In this document: positions 16,395 to 29,000 of the stretch, in pieces
How positions within the stretch are numbered: position 1 is the stretch's first letter
Layout of the letters: the number at the start of each line of letters is the position of its first letter
Source: a virus
Taxonomy: Duplodnaviria > Caudoviricetes
Strand: one strand, 5' to 3'
IMG/VR virus record: IMGVR_UViG_3300012680_000001
Span: 1 to 63,427 of that record
Length of the DNA stretch: 63,427 nucleotides
The notes under the pieces: generated by a model
What the model was told of the DNA's origin: nothing
Seen by the model: the letters and a program-made list of their open reading frames with translations, nothing else
Databases searched by the model: none
Program-made: the position numbers and the translations under genes

Positions 16395-16562
16395 GCCAAG
16401 ACCCCTAGCGCTGAATCACTTGTTTTTCCGTGCGTTGACGGCGACGCTGTTGGGCGAGGTCGATGAGTCCGACGCGCCGGTCGATGTAGGTGCGCACGCG
16501 CCATAGGGGATCGCTGCGCCGTGGAAGCTCAATCATTTGCCGAACGGTCGCGTGGCTTGCCA

Positions 16563-17645
16563 TCAATCGTCCCCCAGCAGTTCGCCCGCGATATCAAGCG
16601 TACCTGTCACGCTATCGTACCCGCGCGTCATCACCCGGAACCGCCCACACAGTCCGATGCTGCCGAGGTCAACGCGGACGGTATTCCCGAGTTCGAGGTG
16701 CCGCCAGCACCCATCGCGGTTGGCCACCGTGAGTTGCGTTGGCGTCGTTGGGAGTGGCGTGGCGTTATCTGTTGGGATCGCCGGTGTGTTCGTGCCAATC
16801 CCAACCGGTACGCCCATCCACGGCGGAGGCGCGGTTACGGGCCTCGAGGTACGCCACTCAAACGGGGCGGCTTCTTCATAAAACTGTAGAAGTCCCGTTT
16901 GGCTGTCGATATCACCCTCGGCCTGAATCATCGTCCATTGCGGCGCATTGAGCGCGCCGTTGACGGTTGGCTGTTGCGAGAGGGAGAGTTCACTTTGCAA
17001 CCGAAACACGCGCCCCTGTCGCGCGGTCCAGAGGTCGTTATCAGTGCGGTACTCAATGACGTGTCGTCCCTCGGTGAGACGCACGGATTCCGACTTATCT
17101 CGACCGAGCTTGCGCCCAGCATGAAATCTCCGGTCGGCGTCAATGATCCACTCGAGCCCAGTGGATTCGCTAATCTGCGCAAGGGTCTCGGTGCCAACGT
17201 CGCCGGAAATCGAAAAGGATGCCCAACTCCCGCCCTCGTCATACGTGCCATCGAGTAAGAGAAACGTCGGGTCTAGCGTCCCGGCCTCGCGCAGAACCTT
17301 GATCGCTGATCCGGCGCCGGGACCGTTTGCCCCAACACTCTCAGTCGCCACCCGTCCCCGTGCTAAGGCCGCCCACCCCTCGGCGGAAATCTCCGCGATA
17401 TTCCCGGTCGTCGGTCGTCCAGAAATCACGCCGCCCCAGCGGCCAGCCGCCCCGAAGTCAAACTCTAACCAGCGACCACGCAGGTCCTGCCCAAGCCCAG
17501 CGGCGCGCAGATCAGCAATCCGCACAAACCCTGACGCAGAACCGGACCCGTTGATCTCCCATGAGCATTGGATGCCAGCGAGCGGCACGCGCCTTGAATT
17601 GAGCCCGCCACGGTCACTAATGACGCCTTCGCCGTAGTACGCCAC
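16563..17645 (-). CDS. Tail tip/hub (Tal-like) protein
   Basis: Second gene after the tape measure; C-terminal LELGNTVRV...FRVM motif. Confidence 0.6.
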   Translation of the reverse strand: MAYYGEGVISDRGGLNSRRVPLAGIQCSWEINGSGSASGFVRIADLRAAGLGQDLRGRWLEFDFGAAGRWGGVISGRPTTGNIAEISAEGWAALARGRVATESVGANGPGAGSAIKVLREAGTLDPTFLLLDGTYDEGGSWASFSISGDVGTETLAQISESTGLEWIIDADRRFHAGRKLGRDKSESVRLTEGRHVIEYRTDNDLWTARQGRVFRLQSELSLSQQPTVNGALNAPQWTMIQAEGDIDSQTGLLQFYEEAAPFEWRTSRPVTAPPPWMGVPVGIGTNTPAIPTDNATPLPTTPTQLTVANRDGCWRHLELGNTVRVDLGSIGLCGRFRVMTRGYDSVTGTLDIAGELLGDD

Positions 17646-20095
17646 TAGACGACCCGCCCGCGAACGCGCACATCGACGGTAAGGCCGCCCGTTGCAACGT
17701 CGATCACATAGAGGTCGGCATCGTTGAGTGTCACATCATCGAAGTAGGCGTTTCCAACGGCGCTATTCGCGGCGGTTTTGACGAGGCAAGATACGCGGTA
17801 TCGCGTCACCCCAACCGGCACGCGCGCGGCAAAGATGCGCCCATATCCGACGTTCACCAACGTCAACCAGTCCGCCTCGATACTAGAAGAAACAGGCACA
17901 TCGGAGTCATCCTGATACCAGAGGATTTGCAGGAGCGGGCGGATATCCGCGTGACTCGTGCGCACCCAGGCGGCAACCTGGACCTGCTCGCGACCATTGA
18001 CCGGGAAGAAGCGCGTAGCAATCGTCTCGGCGCTCGCGCCAGTCAACGCGGTGTTCGGGGTAATCGCCACCTTCAACGACCCTGCCTGTGCTCCGAAAAT
18101 CGCGGCCTCGTAGGTACGGGTGGCTGTCATACTGGCGGTCACGTTGCCAGCTTCCCACGATCCGATGTTGACTGCAAAATCACCGTTCGTCACGAGTGGT
18201 CGGGCAGGGGCTAGTGGCAACCATTGCGATTCGCGGTACTCAACCGTGCTGCCGAGTTCGTCATGGGCGACGAGGGCGCGCACAGTATGGGTTGAGATCG
18301 TATCTTGCTTGACGTTGAACGCAGCGTCCCAGACAGTATGGGTCCGTGTCTCGGCATCAATCTGTAGACCCTGGGTCATGGCGATGGCCGCATGAGGAAC
18401 TCCGGCGCCACTTTCGTTGCGCGCGTTGCCAATAAGCAAGGACATATACGGCGGTGCGGCGTTGGCCCCGCCTCCTAATCGTAATTCGGTGGCAATTTCG
18501 TAGATTTCGGTTTCCGTTATGATTTCCGAGATTATCAGATTGCTCGTAGCAATGGTGGCTTCCATATCGCTGGTCATTTCGAAGAGGGCGTACGTCTGGT
18601 CTTCCTCCTCCAGGGTAAATCCAAAATAGGGCCACATCGCGACGCCAACGTGTTTTTTATTTGACGTAGCGTAGTCGGCAGCGGCAACAACGTCGGTCTC
18701 AAGCGTATTCTGGAAACGGCTCAACGCGCGCTGCCAGGGCCGTGACGCCGAGTCTCGGTGGATGACGGCCACCTCGGTAAAGTTCTTGGTAAGTGCCACA
18801 TCGACATCGACCGTGGTCGTCTCGCTTACCGGCTGCGCTCCTGCGGCAACCGCGAGTTGGGTCGTGACTTCCTTCGTTGTCTTCTTGATCCCACTCTGGG
18901 TGATATTGAACGCGAAGCGTAATTTCTCGACGCCTAGCGGGTTGTACAGGGAGAAGGTGTCGTGGGGCGCCCAACGATCAATCGTGTCCGACTCCTTAGA
19001 TGAATTGACTTGATCATTCTTAATGCCACGGATAATCGTTCCTGCATAGTTTCGGGTCATCGTCGTCCCGCGATCTGACTGACTGTCGAAGGAGCGCACG
19101 GAGCGCCAGGAACCGGGTACGCCCATATCGATCATCGACGGGAGGTACGAGTTTGTGGAATTTCTTCCTTCGACGTACCACAGAAACTCATTCGGGTAGG
19201 TGTCGGCGTTGGCGATAAGAACATGGTAATACCACAGAGTGTTCGTCGAACTCGTCAGTGAGAATGATGGGATGTCCGGGTAGGTCAGAACGATCGGCGT
19301 GCTCGCGTTCGGGTTGCCGTAGACGATATCGACAATCACGTTCCCGCCATTCGCCTGACATGCCGGGAGGATGATCCAGACGTAGGAGTTCGTGGTATCC
19401 CAGGTAATAAGCGTGCGCGGGTGCTCCAGGCCGCCTATCCAAACACGGAGGTCATCTCCGTTGACGAGCGCCTTGGTCGGCGTGAGCGGCGTTGTATCGC
19501 CGAGAGAGATACGGAGAGGATAGCGAAACATTGGTGAGGTACTGTTATTCGTGATGCGGAAGCGACGGCGATAGCGCCATCCCACCTGCGCCGTCGGCGT
19601 CGTACGCTGCGCAACCGATGTAAGGCGGAACGCGCCGGTCGTCGGCACGGTTCCCGGCACGTCAATATTGATGCGATGGTCGAGGGGGTCGCTAATGTAC
19701 CGGCTAAACGACTTGATATCTTCCGAGAGCCAGACGGAGTCGCTTGCCTCAAAATCGACTTCCAGGTCGAGGTCATTGGCGAGGGTCAGTGAGGTGACGG
19801 CCCCCTCTGCCGTCACCAGGTCCTGGCCGTAGCGATCGCGCTGGACGAGGAGGCGCAATGGCTGGTCACGCGCGACAGCAAGGACACTCATGGCGGCATC
19901 GTTCGCCGCCGCGTCAGGGCATTTGATCACAAAATGCCAGGTAGCTGGTTCCGCGCTGCCGCCGAAGAACGCGCTTCCTCGAATACCAGAGCGGCGGTCA
20001 ACACCAAACCCGAGGTACTGGGATTTATTTGTCAGCATCGCCGGCGGGATGCCGGCGTCACTGAAGATAAAATCGTCGAGCGCAATCAGTTCCAT
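17645..20095 (-). CDS. Distal tail protein with a DUF2341-like segment and a carbohydrate-binding-like domain
   Basis: Follows the tape measure; WRYRRRFRITN...GDDLRV...YGNPNA; LVTNGDF CBM-like C-terminus. Confidence 0.6.
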   Translation of the reverse strand: MELIALDDFIFSDAGIPPAMLTNKSQYLGFGVDRRSGIRGSAFFGGSAEPATWHFVIKCPDAAANDAAMSVLAVARDQPLRLLVQRDRYGQDLVTAEGAVTSLTLANDLDLEVDFEASDSVWLSEDIKSFSRYISDPLDHRINIDVPGTVPTTGAFRLTSVAQRTTPTAQVGWRYRRRFRITNNSTSPMFRYPLRISLGDTTPLTPTKALVNGDDLRVWIGGLEHPRTLITWDTTNSYVWIILPACQANGGNVIVDIVYGNPNASTPIVLTYPDIPSFSLTSSTNTLWYYHVLIANADTYPNEFLWYVEGRNSTNSYLPSMIDMGVPGSWRSVRSFDSQSDRGTTMTRNYAGTIIRGIKNDQVNSSKESDTIDRWAPHDTFSLYNPLGVEKLRFAFNITQSGIKKTTKEVTTQLAVAAGAQPVSETTTVDVDVALTKNFTEVAVIHRDSASRPWQRALSRFQNTLETDVVAAADYATSNKKHVGVAMWPYFGFTLEEEDQTYALFEMTSDMEATIATSNLIISEIITETEIYEIATELRLGGGANAAPPYMSLLIGNARNESGAGVPHAAIAMTQGLQIDAETRTHTVWDAAFNVKQDTISTHTVRALVAHDELGSTVEYRESQWLPLAPARPLVTNGDFAVNIGSWEAGNVTASMTATRTYEAAIFGAQAGSLKVAITPNTALTGASAETIATRFFPVNGREQVQVAAWVRTSHADIRPLLQILWYQDDSDVPVSSSIEADWLTLVNVGYGRIFAARVPVGVTRYRVSCLVKTAANSAVGNAYFDDVTLNDADLYVIDVATGGLTVDVRVRGRVV

Positions 20096-23000
20096 TTATG
20101 ACCCTCGTGATGCGGCCATCTGCGTTTGCCGGCGGTAGTTCTCAAGCGTTTCCACCAACTGCCTGCCGTCACGAACATCAGCATAGACGGTAATCGTCGT
20201 GGTGTTGTTGGTTGCGCCCCGGTCACCCGCACGGCCTCCTACGCCCCCGCCGCCATCTGGGGTGAGTCGCGTGCTCGGGATGTACACCAGGTCTTCCGAT
20301 GCCTCGCTTGCCTCCCGCTTCCGTCCACGGAGCCCGTAGATAAGGCCGAGGCCCATGTCGTCGCCGACTTCCATCATCTTCTGACTTGGCGAGTTCGCCT
20401 TCGCGGCGCCCTTGGCCGCGTTGATCGCATCCTTGACCATCTGCGCGGCGGAGTCGGCGATCCCTTTGGATTTCTCCATCACGCCTTGCTTCATGCCGTC
20501 GCCCATTGCCGAGCCGATGTCCTTGCCACCCTGTGAGGCAATCTGCGTTGAGTCCTTGACCGCATCCCCCACGCCCTTGCCCATCGCCGTCTGAAACTGT
20601 GGTATTTCCGGCCCGGTCTTGATCCGGTTAACAGCCGCATCCCCGAATCCGGTGGCCGTCGCCTTGCCTCCCTGCGTCGCTATCTTCGTCGCGCCGTCAA
20701 CACTCTTGTTCATCCCGTCCAGAATACTCTGGTGGATTTGCGGCAACTGCACACCCAAACCAGTACGCATTTCTTGCCCAAAGGCATTCGCGATTTTCGA
20801 GCCGCCAACGTTTGCTGCCTGTTCGGTCTGGGTCATGCCCTGCTGTACGCCCTGGAGCATCTGCTGTTGCATAGCCGGGGCGTCCTGCCCCATCTTGGCC
20901 GTAATCCCTTGGCCGAGCGCCGTGCCGATCGCGGTACCACCCGTCGCCGCCGTGCCTTTCGTCTGCTCGACCATCGCCGCGAACTTGTCGTTAAACGCCT
21001 GACTGTCGGCGGACATCTTCGTCATAACTTCTTGGTACTTGGCCCCCATGTCATTCATCTTCGTACTGGTCCCGGTCGCCGCCTTCCCGGTCTCACTGAT
21101 GGCCTGCGTCGTTTCTTCCATCGGCGCGGCGGGCACCTCGCCGAGCGCTTTCGCGGCCTTGCCCATCTCGGTCGCGGCAGTTGACATCGCTGTAGCCGCC
21201 TTGCCCAGTTTTTCGGCAATCTCTGTTAAGAGCGCGTTGACATCCACCTCTTGCAACCCAGCAATCGCCGCGTTGAGATACTGGACCTGCGCAGTAGCTT
21301 GCGCGAGTTGCTCCGGTGACTGCGCGTTGGCTTGCTTCTCTAGCGCCAGCGCGAGTTGGTTCGCGAGGTCAATCTTCTGCCGCTCGAGCTCGAGTTCCGC
21401 CTTGAGTTGCGCGGTCTTCTCCGGGTTAGCGTGCTTCTTGAGTTCCTTCTCGATCTGGGCAATGCGCTTCGTGGATTCCTCGATGACGATCTGCGTAAAT
21501 GCCACCTGTGCGGCGTGCTGCTGCTTGAGGAGATCCGCCTGCATCGCCTTCTCTTGGGCAAGTGCTGCCTTCTTCGCTTCGAGATCGGCGGCGACGGCGG
21601 CACGTTTCGCCTGCAATTCTGCTGCTGCCATCGCTTCAGCGGCGGCCGCTCGCATCGCGGATTCTGCAGCGATTGCGGCTTGAATCGCTTTGAGTGAGGC
21701 AATGAGTTCTTGCTCTTTGGCCTGTGAGGCGATCTTGGCAACGTAGGTCGCTTGGGCCTTAGCGAGCTTCGTATCGAAGTCGGCTTTCAGCCCTGCCTCG
21801 CCACCCCCCTGGACCTGCTTGATATTGGCCTGATGCGCGGCGTCGAATTCTGTCTTGAGTTGCGCTTCGAGTTCTTTTGTAATGGCGACCTGGATATCGA
21901 GGAGTGCTTGGGCCGCATCGATCCGCGCCTGATCAGCCTCCTGTTGCGCCTTCGCAGCAGCAGCAGATGCGGCGCCAGCAATTTGCGCATCGATCCCGGC
22001 AAGCTCAGATTCTAGACTCTTAATGTCACCTTCGAGGTTTGAAATCGACTTCCCGACAATCTCAATCTGGGTACCGAGGCCAGCGATAAGCGCCCGAATG
22101 CGCTCGATTGCATTCTCTGCCGCCTTCACCGCCTGATCGGTCACGAACTGGGCGAACTCCATAGAACCGGAGGCATCCAACATCCCGAGCCAGAATTCGC
22201 GCGCGAACGCCTCGCCTAGGAAGCGCATCTCACCCTCACCTTTGAGGAGTTCTTTCAGCGCCTTCTTCCACATACGGCGCGCAGCTCTTTCGAGTTGCTT
22301 GTCTTCACTCTCCATGCCTTCGGCGGTTGCGGTCGCCGCCGCCGCGCCCGCCGCCGTCCCGCCACTCGCTGCCTCGCCCTTAACGCGCGCCATTGCGCTC
22401 TGCATCGACGACTTGACTTTGCCCATCGCTGAAGAGACCGCGCCGGATATCTTGCCCATCGCCTCGCCGAGTCGAGACTTAGCGGAATCCATCATGCCCT
22501 GCGCGAACCCGCCCGTTACGGCGGCGCCGTGGGGGACGAACTTCTGCGCGGGCGATCCCATGCCGATAGCGTTCGCCATGCTGTCCATCGTCATGCCAGC
22601 GAGGGTGTTGCTGCTCTTTTCTACGGAACTCTGACCGCCCGTCATGCCAATCGCGAGGCCCTGAACGATGCTCTCGCCGAACCTGATAAAGACTTTCGAA
22701 GGTGAACCTTCCTCAATTGCATTGCTAAACCCACCGGCGAGCGCCGCTCCAATAGCCGCCCCCGCTGCCCCCGCCGCTGCGGCTATCCCTTGGAGCGAGG
22801 CGATAATCCCGGCAGCAGCGGCCGCGATGGCCCCAGCGGCGGCGCTTACCGCCGCAATCATTGCCTGCATGGCTTCTTCGACAGCTGTCGCTGCATCTGC
22901 CGCTGCCGTGCCGACTTCCTCTGCTGCGGTTACGGCATCGTTTGCTGCCGTTGCCATATCGGCTGCCGCATCTGCAACGGCACTTGCCATATCTGCTACG

Positions 23001-26000
23001 GCGGTTTCGACATCGGCTACGGCGTCCGTAATCGCCGAACTCATGTCTGTGACGGCGGATTCGACATCAGCTGTCGCGTCGCTAATCGCCGATCCCATTT
23101 CCTCCACGGCGTTCGTCACGGCTTCTGTAATCTTCGTCATCGACTCTTCGATTTTGGTGGCAACCTCTTGGATAGCCGTATCGAGTTCCGTGGTGAGTTG
23201 GGTACCCACGGCCTCTCCGACACCCGAGAAGTCCGCGCCTTCGACACCCGTCTGCAGCATCGTGCCGATGCTATCTCCCAGTTGCGTGGAGACATCGCTC
23301 TCGCCCCCACCATCAGCCACGGTCTGCAACGTCTCGCTCAGCTTGGTCGAGAGGCCCGTGCCGACCGTATCCCAGTTCGCTTCTTGGACGCCGCTCAGGA
23401 GCATTTCACCGACCGAGCCGCCAAGTTGCGCCCCGACATCGGTCGCGCCCGATCCGTCACCCTCGCCGACAGCTGTGGTGAGCGCCTCGCTCAACTTTGT
23501 GCCGATTGCGCTACCAACTGGGGTGAAGACTTCGGCCGGGGCGTTCGTAATCGAGTCGGTCAGGCCAGTGGCGAGGTTGCTTACGAGTTGTGTGCCGATA
23601 CCGCCCGCCGCGTCTGAGGACACCTGTCCGGTCTGGCCCTGCGTGGCTGTTTCGGTCATCGCCGTATTCAGCGCGGTGCCGAGTTGGGTGCCGAGGGCCG
23701 CGCCGACCGGGAGAAATAACTCTGGAGGAGCAGCGGTGATGGACTCCGTTAGCCCCGTGGCGAGTCCTTGCACCATCCCGACTCCTGCGCCGGGGACACC
23801 CGTGGGGACTCCGGTTGGTCCGGGGGCCGCCGTCTGTTGCGCCGCCATCGACATAGCTGCCCCGAGCTGGGTGCCGAGCGCGTTGCTTACTGGGATAAAC
23901 ATTTCCGGCGGAGCGGCGATGATCGATTCTGTGAGCCCCGTGGCGAGTCCCTGAACCATTCCCACGCCCGCGCCCGGAACACTTGTTGGGACACCAGTTG
24001 GACCTGGTGCTGCCGTCTGTTGGGACGCAAGACTCATTGCGGCCCCGAGTTGCATGCCGAGCGCGTTGCTGACCGGCACGAACATCTCTGGTGGAGCGGC
24101 GGTGATCGATTCGGTAAGGCCAGTGGCGAGTCCTTGGACCATTCCTACGCCGGCACCAGGGACCGTGGTCGGGACACCTGTTGGTCCTGGAGCCGCCGTC
24201 TGCTGGGATGCCAGCGACATCGCGGCGCCCAACTGGGTGCCAAGCGCGTTGCTGACTGGAATAAACATCGCTGGGTCCGCCGCCGCGATGCCAGTCGCGA
24301 GGCCAGTCGCCAACCCTTGAACCATCGTGTTACCGAGCGGAGTCACCGCAGGTCCCGCTGGCCCAACGCCACCAGGAGCCTGAGTAACCTTCTCTGCCAT
24401 GCTCATCGCCGCGCCGAGTTGGGTGCCAAGCGCTCCGGCGACAGGGGCGAAGAGCTCCGGTGGGGCGGCGGCGACGGACGCGGTGAGGCCGGTAGCAAGG
24501 CCCTTGACAAGATTTATCCCCCCGACCGTCGGCAGAGAAGCTACGCCTTCATCAGAGACTTGCTGTCCGGCGATTGTCTGAAGCGCGGTTCCCAACTGCG
24601 TGCCGAGTGCGCCGGCAACAGGGGTGAAGAGTTCGGCAGGTGCATTGGTGATGGAGTTTGTCAACCCATTGGCAAGGCCCTCGACCATCTTCTGGCCCAT
24701 CGTCTGACCCGCCGAATCTCCCTCTGTAACGGGCTGATCAAGGGCTGTGGTCATCCCACTGGACAACATGCCGAGGAGAGACTTCCCTACGGCGTCGAAC
24801 TTCCCTTCCTCCATAGTTTTAAGACTGTTCTCTATCCCAGTAGCGAACTCAGGTGAGGCAAACGTGTCGGCAATTTCCGTCCCAAGCTTCGCGCCCATCT
24901 CGGCAGGATCGCCGAGCATCTTCGCCGCCTCTCCGGTGGCTGGGTCTTCACCACCGCCAAAGAGCGCTGAGCCAATTGGGCCAAGCCACTCGCCGAGTTT
25001 ATCCTTCACGGCTACGAAAGGGTTATCCATTTCGCCAATTTTTGTGGCGGCTGCTTCTCCCATCCCTTGAAGGCCGGTGGCCATGTTATCGACAAAACCA
25101 CCGATCATGCCGAACATGTCTTCGCTAACCGCGCCACCACTCAGGTCCGCCCCTGGTCCGGTGTACCCCTCTTGCCCTCCACCACCAAAGAGGGATTTGG
25201 TCATATCCTCCCATTGACCACCAAACCAGGTGCCGACCTCCTCAAACGGATTCCCGACGGAGCCGAGTTGTTCTAAGACGCTAGGCCCCAGCTCCTTCAG
25301 CCCCGACACCATCCCCGTTGCAAGGTCATCCAGCACACCCGGTGTTTTGATGGTCCGGCCAGTCCCGCTGAGACTTTCGGATCCAAATAGCGTGTCTCCA
25401 ACATCTCCAAACCAATCGCCAATCTGACTCGTAACTCCCTCGAGGGGATTTCCGATCTCCCCCAACTTATCGACGACGGTGGGTCCGAGATCTTTAAGCC
25501 CCGACACCATGCCATTGGCCAGGTCGTCAAGGACTCCTGGCGTGCGTATCGTCCTACCTGTTCCGCTCAGGGCGTCAGAGCCAAACAACGTATCTCCGAC
25601 GTCCCCAAACCAATCGCCAATCTGGGTTGTGACTTCCTCTAATGGATTGCCAATATCCCCGAGCTTATCAACAACCGTGGGGCCAAGTTCTTTCAGCCCC
25701 GAAACCATCCCCGTCGCGAGTTCATCCAGCACGCCCGGCGTACGTATCGTCCTCCCCGTTCCACTTAAACTATCAGAGCCAAAGAGCGTATCCCCAACGT
25801 CCCCAAACCAATCACCAATTTGGCTTGTGACGCCTTCAAGGGGGTTTCCGATATCTCCGAGTTTATCCAGGACGGTGGGACCGAGGTCTTTCAGTCCCGA
25901 CACCATCCCATTTGCCAGGTCGTCAAGTACTCCGGGTGTTCGGATGGTTCTCCCAGTCCCACTCAGGCTATCTGAGCCAAACAAGGTATCCCCGACATCA

Positions 26001-29000
26001 CCAAACCAATCACCTATTTGGCCCGTCACTCCCTCTAGCGGGTTCCCGATGTCTCCGAGCTTTTCAAGAACGCTAGGCCCCAGCTCCTTCAACCCCGAAA
26101 CCATTCCTGATGCGAGATCGTCAAGTACTCCGGGTGTTCGGATTGTTCTGCCAGTGCCACTCAGGGTATCAGAGCCAAACAGCGTATCTCCAACGTCCCC
26201 AAACCAATCACCTATTTGGGTCGTGACTCCCTCCAGCGGGTTCCCGATATCTCCGAGTTGATCAAGGACCGCAGGACCGAGGTCTTTCAGTCCCGACACC
26301 ATCCCAGTAGCGAGGTCGTCGAGCACACCAGGCGTTCGTATTGTTCTGCCCGTACCACTCAGGCTATCTGAGCCAAACAGGGTATCCCCAACATCTCCAA
26401 ACCAATCACCAATCTGGCTTGTCACGCCCTCCAACGGGTTTCCAATGTCTCCGAGCTTCTCAAGCACGTTAGGGCCGAGGTCTTTCAGCCCTGAGACCAT
26501 CCCAGTGGCCAGGTCGTCAAGTGCGCCAGGTGTTCGTATCGTCCTTCCAGTTCCGCTGAGAGTATCTGCCCCAAACAGCGTATCTCCAACGTCCCCGAAC
26601 CAATCACCTATCTGGCTTGTCACGCCTTCGAGTGGATTGCCGATGTCTCCAAGTTTCTCAAGAACATTAGGACCGAGGTCTTGCAACCCCGACACCATAC
26701 CGGTGGCCAGGTCGTCGAGAATGCCTGAGGTCTTAAATGTCCTCCCCGTCCCACTCAGCTCCTCGCCGCCAAAGAGTGTTTCCCCAATCTCTCCAAACCA
26801 ATCACCAACCTGGTCGCTCACACCCTGGAGTTTTCCACCGAGATCAACTTCCTCAAACTTCTGTCCTATCGCATCTATCCCGCCCTCAAAGCCTTTTGCG
26901 GCACCTTCCCAATCCCCCGAGGTTAGGGCGTCTTTAAAGTCGCCGAGACCATTCGTACCATCACGCAATCCAGCGCCGAGGCTCCCGAAGAACTTCTCGT
27001 AGTTCGGTTGCCCCTCTATGAGTTGCCCCATCGCGTCGCCGATATTTCCACTGGCCAGGGTGTCGGTAAAGTCTTGAATGTCTTTCTGGGCCAAGCTTGC
27101 TTGCATACCCAGGTCATCGAAGAAGGTGGTCAGCTCTTCGTCTTGGCCGGTGAGCGAACCTATCCCTTCGCGCAGTGCGAGCGCTTCGCGATTGAGTTGC
27201 GGCATCTTACCCTCGGACGCTGCCATACTCTGCTGCATGGCATCGGCGGCCTTGGAGAGACGATCCATCTGATCGGCCGTCTCGCCCATGCCGGCAGCGT
27301 CGGCGCCCTTAGCGAGGGCGTCAAAGAAACTGACGATCGGATCGACGCCGCCCGCAATATTCTCTTGCCAAGCATCCCCGAAAGCGTCCACGCCCTTGGC
27401 GATGTTACTCATTTGATCGACGACATCGATGCCGAACGCGGCCTTTAGGCTCTTCCCGACCGCATTGATTCCAGCGGCGAGATCGTTCATTCCCTGAGAT
27501 TTGCCGGCATTGAAGTTTGTGTCAAACGTCTCGCCGAAGGTGTCTAGCGCCTCACCAGCCTTAGCCATCGCCTTATCGACGGTGTCGCGGAAGCCCAGGA
27601 AGTTCGTTTCATACGCGAGGAGTCCGGCCCCAATCGCCAGCCCGGCAAGGCCAATCCCCGCTGCGAACTTACCCAGGCTCAAACCCGCATCAGCAAACGT
27701 CTTCCCGAGTTTGAGCACCTGCCCCGTACCGTAGGCGGCTAACCCACCAGCGGCAAGAAGGCCGCCACTGAGTGTGGCCAACTTCCCGGCAAACCCAAGA
27801 AGCGCTGGGTCGGCTCCCGATGCCGCGTCGGCAATACCTGTAAGCGCGTCTACCCCGGCTTTTATCGGACCAAGGAACGGATCGCCCATCTTCTGTTGCA
27901 GGACATCCACAGCCCCACCAAGCTCTTCTATGGAGCCCAGGAGGTTATCAGTGAGAGCGTCTGATTGCTCCCGTGCAATGCCGGTGTTGTTTTTCATCTC
28001 CTCATTGAGGTCGCGCAACTTATCCGTGTCAGAGAGGATACCCAACCCGGCGGCATCGAAGGCTTCGAGGCCGAATAGACTGGCCAAGGCATTGAGACGC
28101 TGGCTCGTGCTGAGGTCTTTTGTCTTCTCATTAATCATATCAAGGATGTCGGGGAAGTCCCGTAACTCCTCGACGCCCTGTTCGTTGATGTCAAAGAAAT
28201 CTGCGGTCGTGATGCCGAGTTCGTCCATCGCGGCCTGTTGCGTTCCCGTCGGTTTGACCGCTGCCCGGAGCATAGCGGTAAGACTGGTGCCCGCTTCAGC
28301 TGCGCTCAGGCCTTGGTCCTTGAAGAAACCGAGGGTAGCTGCCGTTTCGTCAAAGTCCGCGCCCGCGAGTTTCATCATTGGGGCGACGTTTGCCATGCCT
28401 TTGATAAAATCATCTGAACCCAGGGATGTCGTGTTAAAGACGGTCGTGAGGTCGTCAAGACTCGCCGTCACTTCCTCAGACGACATGCCCCACTGGTTCG
28501 CCATAGTGGCGGCGATTTTTGCTGCCTGAGGGAGTTCAGTAGCGGTGGCCGCCGCGAAGTCGGCGACTCCCTGGATGGCCCCGTCCGAGGAGTCGCCGAC
28601 ATCACCCCACATCGTTTCAAAGTCAACGCCGGCCTTACCCATTTCGATGGCGGCTTCAGAGATGTCATCAGCTCCGAAGATGGTTGACTTCGCCACCTCA
28701 TTGATGGTGTCTTCCATCTCGCGGAATTGGGCGTCCATCTCGGCAGACTTGCCTTCGGTAATGCCGAAAGCTACGCCGACGCGATCCATCGCCTGTTCCA
28801 TCGTGGCGGCGCTCTTCACTGCGCCAACGATGGGTGCAAGCATCGCCGCGCCAGCGGCCATCCCTATCTTGCCGGTGGTGGTGAGCACCTCCCCCGTCTT
28901 CTGAATTGATTTCCCGGCATTGCCCGCCGCGCCCGCGACTTCGTTCAGCTTGCCCGAGGCAGCGCCCATTGCCGCGTCGAAACCGGAAGAATCGGCCGTT

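Noticed and set aside
20126-28909. Many long plus-strand ORFs opposite the tape measure gene
   Set aside because: Antisense shadows of a GC-rich repetitive coding sequence.
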